IMG/VR virus record: IMGVR_UViG_3300046794_000491
Span: 1,976-65,975 of that record
Strand: one strand, 5' to 3'
DNA: 64,000 bases
From: a virus
Taxonomy: Duplodnaviria > Caudoviricetes
Numbering within the stretch: the first letter of the stretch is position 1; every line of letters starts with the position of its first letter. Both the position numbers and the translations under genes were made by a program. Shown here in pieces: positions 18,515 through 27,700 of the stretch. Below the pieces are notes generated by a model, which ran no database searches, was not told the DNA's origin, and worked only from the letters and a program-made list of their open reading frames with translations.

Positions 18515-18786
18515 CCGTTCGAGGCGCCGCGGCGCCGGTGCCGTGCCACGGACGGGGCTTGCACGGGATGCCCGTTGCTGGTCAGTACGTCAGCGATCCG
18601 CGTGGAGGTCACCGCCGGGGCCGCCATCAGCTCGTTCAGCTTGCCCGCTGTGTCGGCGTCGAGACAGGCCAGGATGATGCCGACTGTGCAGCGCGCGCCG
18701 CGGGGTCGCTCAGGCTCGTCCATGAGCTGCGTGAGGGCCGTGCTCAGCCCATCGGTGTCTGCCACGGCAGTCCTCGCTCTCTGCAT
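18496..18786 (-). CDS. Small Cys/His-containing HTH-like protein coupled to the phosphoesterase
   Basis: CTV...IADVL...SVARHRR...CRC; overlaps the next gene; true start may be GTG 18764. Confidence 0.6.
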   Translation of the reverse strand: MQRARTAVADTDGLSTALTQLMDEPERPRGARCTVGIILACLDADTAGKLNELMAAPAVTSTRIADVLTSNGHPVQAPSVARHRRRGASNGCRCPR

Positions 18787-18802
18787 GTGGGTGCGGGGCC
18801 GG

Positions 18803-18832
18803 ACCGTATGGCCCGGCCCCGCGTTACGTCGC
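18803..18832 (-). promoter_or_regulatory. Putative late promoter GCGACG-N18-TACGGT
   Basis: Motif match. Confidence 0.65.
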
Positions 18833-18867
18833 CGTCAGTGGGGCCCGCCCAGCGGGCCCCTTCCGGA

Positions 18868-20169
18868 TTACACCGGGGTGGTCCACGAGCCGATGACGAA
18901 CGACTCCGGACGGGAGACCTCCAGGGCGAGACGCTCGTCCGCGCGGAAGGTGAGGACACCGCGTTCGAAGTTGTCCGAGTTCTCGCTGGAGACGGTCACG
19001 GAGACGTTCTCGCGGTCGTAGATCTGCGCGCCCATCCCAAAAGAACCCAGAAGGTACTTGTCGTCCGGCATTGCGGTGGTTTCGACCACGTTGACGCGCC
19101 ACACGCGCTTCTGGGCGCCGACGGCGACCTGGAGCGCGACACGGAACGCGCCGTTGTTGTCGGTCTCGACCTCCACCTGCTCCCACATGCTCGGGGAGAG
19201 GACGACGCCGGTCGGCTCGTACTCAGCCAGGAGCGCCTTGGTCATGGCCCGGCGCATCTGGATGGAGAACTTGTCGGTGTTGGCGCCGATGTACTGCTGT
19301 ACGCCCGGGGTGTTGAACAGGCCGGTGATGGACTGACCGTCGCCGCCGATGGAGTGCAGAAGGTCGTAGTCCTCGGCGAACTTGATGCCCTCGATCAAGC
19401 GGCTGTTGATGAACTGCTTCAGCCGCGGCTCGTCCGAGAGGATGTTCTTGTGGCCGTCGAGCATGTGCGCGATCTCGGCCACCGGGAACGAAACAGGCTG
19501 GAGGGTCAGCTTCGAGCGGGGCGCCCGGCCGAACACGTCGGTGTCGGCTCCGGTCGGCGCGGACGTACCGTCGGCCGCACGACGCTCCGGGACCTGGGCC
19601 GCGTTGTTGACCCACCCGGTCTCGCGGATGCCCTGAAGGATCGCGTTCTTGGTCGTGGCCTTCGGGAACAGGTCGCGGATGTGCATCTTGCGGCGCTGCG
19701 CCTCGGTGATGCCGAGATCCTCAACGCCACCCAGGGCCGGGTGAGTCTGGGTACCGGCCGACAGGGAGAAGATCGACTTCCCCTCCATCTCGGCGCGGAT
19801 GAACGGGCGGTCCTTGAACTGGCCACGGGCCGCAGCCTGGTAGGCGTCGGACTCGACGAACATGTCGCCGAGCGACTTCACCTCGGTGTTGGAGCCGGAG
19901 GAGCCGCCGTAGTACTGGCCGGCCGCGGACCGCCCCTCGGGGGCGTCGAGGTACTGGCCGAGAGCTTCGGCGCCGGACGCGGCCTCGATCAGGCTCTTGA
20001 TCTCCTGGGCGTCCTTGACGGACTTGACGTACGCGTTGCGCTGCTCGGTGGAGACGACGAACGCGCCGTTCTCCTCCTTGAACGTGCCTGCGATGCGCTC
20101 AGCCTCGGCAGACTTCTCGTTGAGCTGCTGCTTCAGCGAGCGAAGCAGATTCTTGTCGGTGGTAGGCAT
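18868..20169 (-). CDS. Major capsid protein, HK97 fold with N-terminal delta domain
   Basis: ATG 20169; helical N-terminus, then IRDLFP...NFERGVLTFRADERLALEVSRPESFV. Confidence 0.93.
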   Translation of the reverse strand: MPTTDKNLLRSLKQQLNEKSAEAERIAGTFKEENGAFVVSTEQRNAYVKSVKDAQEIKSLIEAASGAEALGQYLDAPEGRSAAGQYYGGSSGSNTEVKSLGDMFVESDAYQAAARGQFKDRPFIRAEMEGKSIFSLSAGTQTHPALGGVEDLGITEAQRRKMHIRDLFPKATTKNAILQGIRETGWVNNAAQVPERRAADGTSAPTGADTDVFGRAPRSKLTLQPVSFPVAEIAHMLDGHKNILSDEPRLKQFINSRLIEGIKFAEDYDLLHSIGGDGQSITGLFNTPGVQQYIGANTDKFSIQMRRAMTKALLAEYEPTGVVLSPSMWEQVEVETDNNGAFRVALQVAVGAQKRVWRVNVVETTAMPDDKYLLGSFGMGAQIYDRENVSVTVSSENSDNFERGVLTFRADERLALEVSRPESFVIGSWTTPV

Positions 20170-20253
20170 TTCGGTTGCACGCTCCTGTGCTGGATGGGCG
20201 ATTGCGTGCGTCGCTCGCCCGGCCAGCACCGGGACGCCTCAACGCTGAGGCGC

Positions 20254-20283
20254 ATGGAAAAGCACGGGTGCAGTTAACGTCTC
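20254..20283 (-). promoter_or_regulatory. Putative late promoter GAGACG-N18-TTCCAT
   Basis: Upstream box matches (GCCCGAGACGTTAA); the -10 hexamer deviates. Confidence 0.5.
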
Positions 20284-20335
20284 GGGCTCCCGGCCACGCG
20301 GGAACGTGGAACCGGGAGCCCGGTAAATGCGCGAG

Positions 20336-22600
20336 TCAGAGCGCGAGTTCTGCGAGGGCCGCCTTCACTTCCGCGGCGTCCAGACGCACCTTGTCCTGGT
20401 CGTCGGGGTCGCCATCGGGCTCAGCGTCGGGCCCGTCGCCGGAGTCGCCGCCGCCGCTGGTGTTCCCCGGGGGAACAGCCGTGTCCGAGCCGCCCTCGGT
20501 GTCGGCATAGGGGATCTCCGCGTCGTCCTGCGAGCCCTCGCCGCTGTCGCTGCCGTCCCCTTCGTCGGCCATGTCGTCGTAGGCGCCGGGGTCCTCCTCG
20601 TCGTCCCAGCCGTCGGTGAGGGTGTACTTCCCCAGCCAGTCGCCGCCCGAGCCGTCGCCGCCGTGCATCTCGTCCGTCGGCATCCCCTTCTTCGACAGGG
20701 TGTCGAGGAGCTTGCCGATGGTGGGCTTCAGGTACTCAAGGTGCTCCGGCCCGGCGTCGGAGACCTGGATCAGTGCCGTGGCGTCCTCCAGTGCCCGCCC
20801 GGTCGGCTTGATGTACCGCTCCTGGGTGGCTTCGTCGTCGTCCGCTTCCCGCTCCATGCCGGATACGGGGACGGCCACGGTCGTGAGCTCCACACGGACC
20901 GGCACGCCGAGGTCGATGTCGCGGCCGGACGCGGTGTACGGAATGGCGTAGGTCTCCGTCTCCCCGTCGTCGTAGCGGGTGACGATGACGCTGTCCGGAT
21001 AGGTCGCCTCCACCGTCACGAAGCAGTCGACCGGCTGCGTCGGGCCTGACTGATCGTCGTCCCGGTCGGGCGAGAACAGCGTGCGAGCGGCCTTGCCGAG
21101 CTGGTCGCGGAGCTGCTCGAAGGAGTAGGGCATGGGGGTGCTCATGATGCGCTCCGGAAGGTGTAGAGGCTCAGCGGCGGACTTGGCTTCGAGGACGATC
21201 CGCGCGGCCGACTTGCGCTCTGCGGCCGCGTGGGTGGCGGGGTAGATCCCCATGGCGTCGTGATGGCGCAGGTTGCAGTAGCCCTTGGCGTCCTGCGGGC
21301 TCATGTGCTTGCCAGCGATGGCAACGCACCGGTCGAAGTCGCCGGGCGTTCCCCACGCGATATCCGAGGCGCCTTCGCCGTGGACGTACCAGTCACGCAG
21401 CTGCTCGGCGTCACCCTTGTTCTTGTCCCACCCGCCGGAGGCCTTCGCTTCCAGCACGATCCGCGCGGCCGACTTCCCCTCCATCGGAGGCGACGGCGGG
21501 CCCGCGGGCTCGTCGGTCGGCGCCTCTCCGAGGGGAACCTCGAACTCGTCCTCGCCGCGCACGCAGTGCAGTTGAGTGAACGTCACCGGTGTCGCCGGCA
21601 CCGGATCCAGGTCGGGCATGTTGTAGCCGAGGGTGATGTGCGGGGTGAACCCGTGGTTGTCGCGCACGTGGTCGGAGTAGACCGACGTGGACAGCGCCTG
21701 CGCGACCCGCTGCCGCAGCTCCGCCAGGCCCGGCACGTCCACCGGCACCCACGTGGGTACTCCGTCCCCGCTGTCGGGGAAGCGGCCGATGCCGCCGATG
21801 CTGCCTGCCAGGGGCCCGGTGTCGTTCACGGCAGGGGTGACGATGTCGCGGAGGTCATCCGGGTGCCCGCCGAGGTCTTCCACGTCGCCGAGGTAGGCGA
21901 GCGTGATGTGCAGGTTCTCGGCCGGCGTGCCGTCGGGGTGAGCGATCTGCTCGGCCACGTCCTGCGGGACCTTCAGCGCGACCATCACGCCGCGGCCGGT
22001 CTGCTGTTCGGCGGCCTTCAGCTCGACGGCCGACCAGGTGGCCTTACGTTCCAGGTCCGCGGCGCGCTGCCTGCTGGCTGCCTTCACTTCGATGCTGCGG
22101 GTCATCGGGTGCGCGCCATGCAGCACGGGACTGACCTCGTACAGGTCGAGATCGTGGATGATGCGTACGCCGTCGTGCCGCTTGGAGGCGCCGCCGGGCG
22201 GGACCTTGAAGCCGATGGAGAACTGCGCCTCGCCGTTCTCGTGCCACTGCCGGACCTGTTCGTAAGCGTCGCGGCCGCGGGTGGTGCGCAGGTTGTACTG
22301 GACGGCGGCGACCAGAGCCCCGGCTTCCTGGGGCCACACTGAGCCGCCCGGGATCGTGGCGAACCGAGGGTCGCCGGGCATCCACTCCTCGATCGAGAGG
22401 ACGCTGCCGACCGGTTCCTTCCAGTCGTGGTGCCATACCGGCTTCACGCGGCGCTTGGTCAGGGTGCGGGTGAACGCCCCGGGGATGATGAGGTCTTCGA
22501 CATCGTCCACCACGCCCGTGACGGCGTAGATGGCGCGGACGATGCCCTTTCCGCCGCGGGTGCGGCGCAGACTTGCGGTCTTGGGCGGCGGGCTCGGCAC
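20336..22600 (-). CDS. HK97-family prohead protease fused to a 2H phosphoesterase and further domains
   Basis: WHHD / FSIGF / YEVSPV protease motifs; LHITL and PHITL 2H motifs; start reassigned to GTG 22600 (AGGAGG RBS). Confidence 0.88.
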   Translation of the reverse strand: MPSPPPKTASLRRTRGGKGIVRAIYAVTGVVDDVEDLIIPGAFTRTLTKRRVKPVWHHDWKEPVGSVLSIEEWMPGDPRFATIPGGSVWPQEAGALVAAVQYNLRTTRGRDAYEQVRQWHENGEAQFSIGFKVPPGGASKRHDGVRIIHDLDLYEVSPVLHGAHPMTRSIEVKAASRQRAADLERKATWSAVELKAAEQQTGRGVMVALKVPQDVAEQIAHPDGTPAENLHITLAYLGDVEDLGGHPDDLRDIVTPAVNDTGPLAGSIGGIGRFPDSGDGVPTWVPVDVPGLAELRQRVAQALSTSVYSDHVRDNHGFTPHITLGYNMPDLDPVPATPVTFTQLHCVRGEDEFEVPLGEAPTDEPAGPPSPPMEGKSAARIVLEAKASGGWDKNKGDAEQLRDWYVHGEGASDIAWGTPGDFDRCVAIAGKHMSPQDAKGYCNLRHHDAMGIYPATHAAAERKSAARIVLEAKSAAEPLHLPERIMSTPMPYSFEQLRDQLGKAARTLFSPDRDDDQSGPTQPVDCFVTVEATYPDSVIVTRYDDGETETYAIPYTASGRDIDLGVPVRVELTTVAVPVSGMEREADDDEATQERYIKPTGRALEDATALIQVSDAGPEHLEYLKPTIGKLLDTLSKKGMPTDEMHGGDGSGGDWLGKYTLTDGWDDEEDPGAYDDMADEGDGSDSGEGSQDDAEIPYADTEGGSDTAVPPGNTSGGGDSGDGPDAEPDGDPDDQDKVRLDAAEVKAALAELAL
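20461..20477. repeat. parS-like palindrome inside the protease gene
   Basis: TGTTCCCCGGGGGAACA. Confidence 0.65.
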
Positions 22601-22634
22601 GGCGGGTTCCTCCTGGGGCTTCTTGGTGGACCGC

Positions 22635-22664
22635 ACCGTGCCCCCGCCAGGTGGTTAGCGTCCT
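22635..22664 (-). promoter_or_regulatory. Putative late promoter AGGACG-N18-CACGGT
   Basis: Motif match upstream of the protease. Confidence 0.55.
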
Positions 22665-22698
22665 GCCGTCCCCTGCGTCACAGGCCGGGGGTGGCGGT

Positions 22699-23328
22699 TC
22701 ACTGCCACGGCTTGCCCTTCTTCTTGCGCTTCGGGTCTTCGTCGCCCGGGTCGGCGTTGGGGTCCGTGTCGTCCTGCTCCGCCGGGTCGGCGGGTACGGC
22801 TTCGTCTGCGGTGCCGTAGTCGAGCGAGAGGCCGCCGTCGTCCGCGGCCGCCGGGTCCGCATTCGGGTCCATGACTGTCGGGTCTGCGTTCGGGTCCGTC
22901 ATCGCCGGGTCGCCGGCCGCCGGGTCGGTGGGTGCTCCGCTGCCGTCGTATGCCTGCGGGTCGCCCGCGGCCGGCTGCCCGCCGGTGCCGCCGGTCTGCG
23001 ACATGCCCGCGTCGTCCACGTCGATCGCCCACGCGTCCACGTCGGAGTACCGGTAGACCTGTCCGGTCTCGTCACGTACCCAGCCCGTAAGCGTGCCGTC
23101 CTCGGCCTTGTCGAGCCATGCTTGCTCAGCGTTGGGCCCGGAGAACGACGCGTAGGCCTGCGCAGGGTCGGTCTCGTCGCCCTCGTCGTAGGCGTCGCCC
23201 GCCCACGGGCGCGCGTCATCCTGGTGCGGCGGCTGGAGCTCGGGCGGCTGCTCGGCCGCCGGGTCCAGGCCCTGCGCGGCCGGGTCGTCGGACTGGGGCA
23301 GCGCCTTCACGTCGAATCTGTAGTCCAC
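22699..23328 (-). CDS. Highly acidic hypothetical protein
   Basis: 209 aa, D/P/A-rich with a small Trp-rich core; apparently leaderless. Confidence 0.7.
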   Translation of the reverse strand: MDYRFDVKALPQSDDPAAQGLDPAAEQPPELQPPHQDDARPWAGDAYDEGDETDPAQAYASFSGPNAEQAWLDKAEDGTLTGWVRDETGQVYRYSDVDAWAIDVDDAGMSQTGGTGGQPAAGDPQAYDGSGAPTDPAAGDPAMTDPNADPTVMDPNADPAAADDGGLSLDYGTADEAVPADPAEQDDTDPNADPGDEDPKRKKKGKPWQ

Positions 23329-23335
23329 GGGGCGG

Positions 23336-23365
23336 AGAGTGAAGGGGCGCCCGGTCTTGTGTCTC
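23336..23365 (-). promoter_or_regulatory. Putative late promoter GAGACA-N18-CACTCT, leaderless
   Basis: Motif match, 7 nt before GTG 23328. Confidence 0.6.
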
Positions 23366-23638
23366 GGACCGTGCCTCGCCCGACGTGGAGGCGTAACTGT
23401 GCCCTCGGCTCCAGCTCGCCGAATTGCAACGAAACGGTCAAAGCACTAGACATGAGGCGAGAGCACGATGTCCGATGGGCATCGTTTTCACCAGACCCCC
23501 GCCCCGGGGGTGTGGGCACTTCGGGCGAACCCGACCGCCTAGTTCCCGGTCGGGCTCGCCTGATCGGCTGTCCCAACGCGAACGGTCGCATTCATTCCTT
23601 CTGTGCCCACCATGTACCTGCCGGTACGACCAGTCTGC

Positions 23639-23767
23639 TTACCTCCAGGCCGCGATCGCGGCAATGATCGCCACGATCAGCCCGAGGGCCGCCAGCGCGA
23701 CCATCCAACGGTCAGCGGGCCGCCAATGGCGTTTCCCCTTCTTGGGGTGCTTCTTGGGGTGGTGCAT
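23639..23767 (-). CDS. Small basic single-TM peptide (42 aa)
   Basis: GGGAGGA RBS; MHHPKKHPKKGKRHW followed by a hydrophobic helix. Confidence 0.5.
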   Translation of the reverse strand: MHHPKKHPKKGKRHWRPADRWMVALAALGLIVAIIAAIAAWR

Positions 23768-23872
23768 GGGTTCTTCCTCCCTTCGAGGTCTAGTGGACGG
23801 TAGGACACCTCTGCACATCTGCCTCCACACCACCTCCAATGAGCAGGTGTCACTACCACACCACACGCACCA

Positions 23873-23905
23873 TGGTCTACGCCATAGGCAACGTGGTCTA
23901 AACCA
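23873..23905. promoter_or_regulatory. Tandem GntR/DasR-like operator sites (TGGTCTACGCCA, TGGTCTAAACCA)
   Basis: Near-matches to TGGTCTAGACCA, 21 bp apart, in a lower-GC intergenic region. Confidence 0.5.
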
Positions 23906-24006
23906 ACAAATCTCTAAGGGGCGCTGACCAGGAATAACGCTGCTTCAGGCAACAAACCAGTTCGCATCCGTGGTGCGATCGCGTAGCAGATAGCTAGGAT
24001 CGGGCT

Positions 24007-24264
24007 ATGGCTAAGACACAGTTGAACGCGCGCGTGCCGGAGGAGCTGGCCGACGAGGTCCGCTCGGCCGCGAGTAGGGCAGGCATGGACATTGGGGACT
24101 ACGTCGCCGCAGTCCTTGAGGCTGACCTGGCGGCCGCGTCAGGAAGTCAAGAGCTGCGACAGGCTCGTGCGAACATGCACGCTGCCGCGGCCTACAAGAA
24201 GTGGCTGGCCAGTGAAAAGTCCGAAGAGGGCGCGATGGGCATGGAGGAGGTCTTCAACGCGTGA
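24007..24264 (+). CDS. Ribbon-helix-helix protein, putative antitoxin
   Basis: KTQLNARVPEEL...DYVAAVL RHH pattern; TAGGAT 6 nt before ATG (leaderless). Confidence 0.7.
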   Translation: MAKTQLNARVPEELADEVRSAASRAGMDIGDYVAAVLEADLAAASGSQELRQARANMHAAAAYKKWLASEKSEEGAMGMEEVFNA

Positions 24265-24509
24265 CGGCGATCCCGGCAAGGTTCGCTGCCCACGTCGGCG
24301 AGACCATCAAGAACCTGGCCGGCCCTGACAAGGAGGAGCTGCACACCGCGATCCTGCGGGCGTGTGCGGACCCGATGTCGTGGCCGCAGGCCGACAAATA
24401 CGAGATGGACGAGACGGTGCGCGTCATCACGACGCGCGCCGCCATCGTCCACTACGTGATCCTTCTCGGCGCGGATCCGCACCTGTGGGTGTTCGCCATT
24501 ACCGTTTGA
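24261..24509 (+). CDS. Putative RelE/ParE-like toxin
   Basis: 82 aa, GTGA-coupled to the RHH gene; helix-helix then beta-strands (IVHYVI...WVFAI). Confidence 0.5.
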   Translation: MTAIPARFAAHVGETIKNLAGPDKEELHTAILRACADPMSWPQADKYEMDETVRVITTRAAIVHYVILLGADPHLWVFAITV

Positions 24510-24732
24510 CCTCGGCCACCTGCGTCTTCTGCCGCAGGAGCGCCAGCACCGCATCGGCGTCGGCGGGGTCGAGGTTCCGGCGCGGCCCGAGGGGGCCGAG
24601 CAGCACCGGTGCGCCCGTGTGCTGCTCGACCAGGGCCCTGACGCGGCGGGAGCCGGTCACCGGGCTCCCTGCCTCGCCGGGGATGCGGACCTGGTAGGCG
24701 GAGCCGTCTTCCAGGTTTCCCGTCACCAACAT
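24499..24732 (-). CDS. Hypothetical protein
   Basis: 77 aa right after the giant gene, AGGA RBS. Confidence 0.6.
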   Translation of the reverse strand: MLVTGNLEDGSAYQVRIPGEAGSPVTGSRRVRALVEQHTGAPVLLGPLGPRRNLDPADADAVLALLRQKTQVAEVKR

Positions 24733-24750
24733 GCTTTCCTGCCTCTCTTG

Positions 24751-27700
24751 TTACCGGGTGGCGAGCAGTCCGAGGAGGAAAGCCCTCAGATCGTCATCCC
24801 TGTACCAGTCGCCGGAGAACATCGTCGCGAGCCCGCGGGCCGCGATCTGCTCGTCGGTGACCTGGTCCGCCTGGCCGCCGAACAGTCGCGCCAGCAGTAC
24901 GTCCAGCGTGCTGCGCCGCGCCCCGGGCCGGCCGGTGTGGGTCCGGGTGAACCCGAAGGCCTCCTGAGCGGCCAGCAGGTCCGGGTAGTTCCGCTGAAGG
25001 TGGGCCAGCAGGGCATGGGCCGCGGTGGCGCGGCCGCCGTCGCCGAGGTCGGCAATCGTGGCCGTGCCGCTGTCTGCGTCGTACGCGCCCGCGTCACCGC
25101 TGACCGCGGTCATAAACCGCGACGCCCGGTCGGCCAGCCACTCACGCGGCACGTACTGGGCCGCGTCCGTCAGCGCCCGCGTGGCGGCCGCGTCACTGCT
25201 GTGGCTCAGCGTCAGCCGGTTCCTGCCGCCGGGGCCCATCTCCCGGACCTGGGAGAGGGTGTCGCGCACCGCGGAGGGCAGTGCCGCCGTGTACGCCTGC
25301 TGGAGCCGTTCGGCTTCCTGCTGCGCGTGCTGCGCCTCCAGCCGGGCCGCTGCAATCTCCGGAGCGAGGTCCGGCGCATTGGTGCCGGCTGCCACCGCCC
25401 GGAGGTCACGCAGGCGGGCCTCCGTCCGGTCCGCGTACCGGCGGGCGTGCCGCACGGTGCCGTGCGGGTCGTCCCCGAGCTCCGGCGCGGCCGCCGTAAG
25501 CCGGGCGATCAGATCGGCGTCCACGTCCGCGCCCGCCGCGCGCAGCGCCGCGAGGTGCCGCAGCGCCTGCCGCCCGGGCCCGCGGTCCGCAGCCCGGTCC
25601 ATGGTCCAGCGCACGCCGTCCTGCACCTGGGGCAGTTGCCCCGCGGCCAGAGTCGTCCGCGCGGCGGATCGGTACCAGCGGCTACGGCGCGCCACCTGAC
25701 CGAAGCGGCCCGGGGCGGGCAGCAGTTGCGCCCAGTGCGCCACCTTCTCCGCCAGCGACATCCCGTCCCCAGGCCGGGGCAGGGACCGCGCGGCGGAGGC
25801 CATGCGGCGCAGGCGGCGCGTCTCTGGCCACGACCGGATCCGGCGGCCGAGACCCTTGCCGAAGCGGGCGATGGCCCGGCCCGTGGCCTTCACTCCGGCC
25901 GCGAGCGCCTTGAGGAACGCGGCCACCAGCTCCACGATCCTGCGGGCGATCTGCATCAGCGCGGCCACGATGCCCGCCATGAGCCCGGGCCGCTGCCCCT
26001 CGGGCAGGTTCGCGGCGATACGCCCGGCGGTGTCATTGCGGGAGTCCGCCATCCGCTGGGCGAGCCGCGCGACGATCGCCGCACGCCGCTCCGGAGTCAG
26101 GGGGCCGTCGTCCGCCGCGGCGAGGGCATCGCCGACCGCGTCGCCAACATGGCTGCTGACCTCGTCATCGATGCGAGACGCCGCGCCACCGTCGCCCGGG
26201 ACGTCGTCCGGGACGGCACTGTCGGGTTCCGGCTTGGGCCGGTTGCGCAGCGACTCCGGGATGAGCCGCAGCAGGTCGGCCGCACGCCGCGCCATGTCCT
26301 CCGGCGACTCCCCGTCCAGCGGCTCCAGGTCATCGAGCGTGCGCACCGCGGCCTTCACCGCGTCGGTGCGGGTTTGCATCGCTGTCTTGCGCAGCTCGGC
26401 GAGCATCCGCTCCCTGGCGTCCCCGGTGATGCCGGTCCCGTCGACCACGTTGACAAAGTCCTGCCGCAGCTTCCGCATCAGCGAGCGCATCGCCTGAAGG
26501 GTGAGCTGCTCGGCGATCTGCTCACGGAGCTGATGGATGCTGCCCGGGGTGGAAGTCCCCTGGATCGCGTTGCCGATGACGGCGCGGGCCACAGCGTCGG
26601 CGTAGTCCGCCTGGAACGCCTCCGGGTCGAGGCCCTGGTTCGGGTCGCGGGCCTCGGTGTCGGGGCCGGCCGCCGGAGCTTCCGGCTCGGGCAGTTGGTA
26701 CAGCGGGTCAGTGGCGGTCAGCGTCCGCTCGGAGCGCTGCCCGTCCCCGTCCTCAACGGTGAGGATTCGTATGCCGCCCGGGGCGTCAGCCACGTCCACG
26801 ACGCGGTATGCGCCCATGGTGTCCGGGTTCGTCTCGTCCGGCAGGGCGATGGTGTCACCGACGCCGACTGAGCCGACCGTGCCCGGCTCGGGCCGCCCCG
26901 AGGGGGCACTGTCCGGGGCGGGCGTGTTCGGGGCTTCCCCGGTGAGCCGCGCCTGGTTGGAGGCGAACCAGGCGGCCGCCGGGCGCTCCTTGTCCATCAC
27001 AGTGGTGAGCTCCGCCGCGCCTCCGCGGCCGCCCAGGATCTGGAAGTGCCGGGTGCTGCTCGGGCCACCGGCCAGGCCTTCCAGCTGAACCGACACGCGC
27101 CCGTCGCTGACATCGACGGACTGCACCTTGCGGGTGAACCAGTCGCTGCCGTTGGTGCCCGGGCCGAACACCAGGTGATCGCCCGGCTTCAGGCCGGTCG
27201 CGGGGACGATGCGGCGGTCCGACTGCTCGCTGACCCCGCCGCCGACGTCGTTGCCGTCGTGCGGCACGGGCCGGAACGGCACGCGGGCGCCCACGGTCTG
27301 GTGGATGAAGCGGCCATCGGCGTTGGCGAGTTGGAGATCCACGGTGTTCCCGTCCTCGCTGCGGTTCGCTTCCACGACCAGCAGGCGGGACGTCTCGCCG
27401 TTGACGGGGGCCTCGATCACATCACCGGTCTGCAAGTAGCGGGCCTCGGTGGTCATGCCGCCGTCGTCCGCCGCTCCGGCCTGTCCCGCCGCCTGGTCGA
27501 GGTGGTCAGCGGCCCTCTTGGCGGCGCGGCCCTCCGGGGTGGAGGTGTCGGCGCCCTCGCGGAGGTCATCGGCGAGCGCCGAGGCCTGGTCGGGGGTGAC
27601 CGGCAGGTCCCGGCCGATGCGGGCCGCGGCCTGCTCCGCGTCCGGGTCGCTGCTGGGGGCGGTGCCCCGGTCGGCGATGGCGTCGCGCTCCTCGGGGGCG

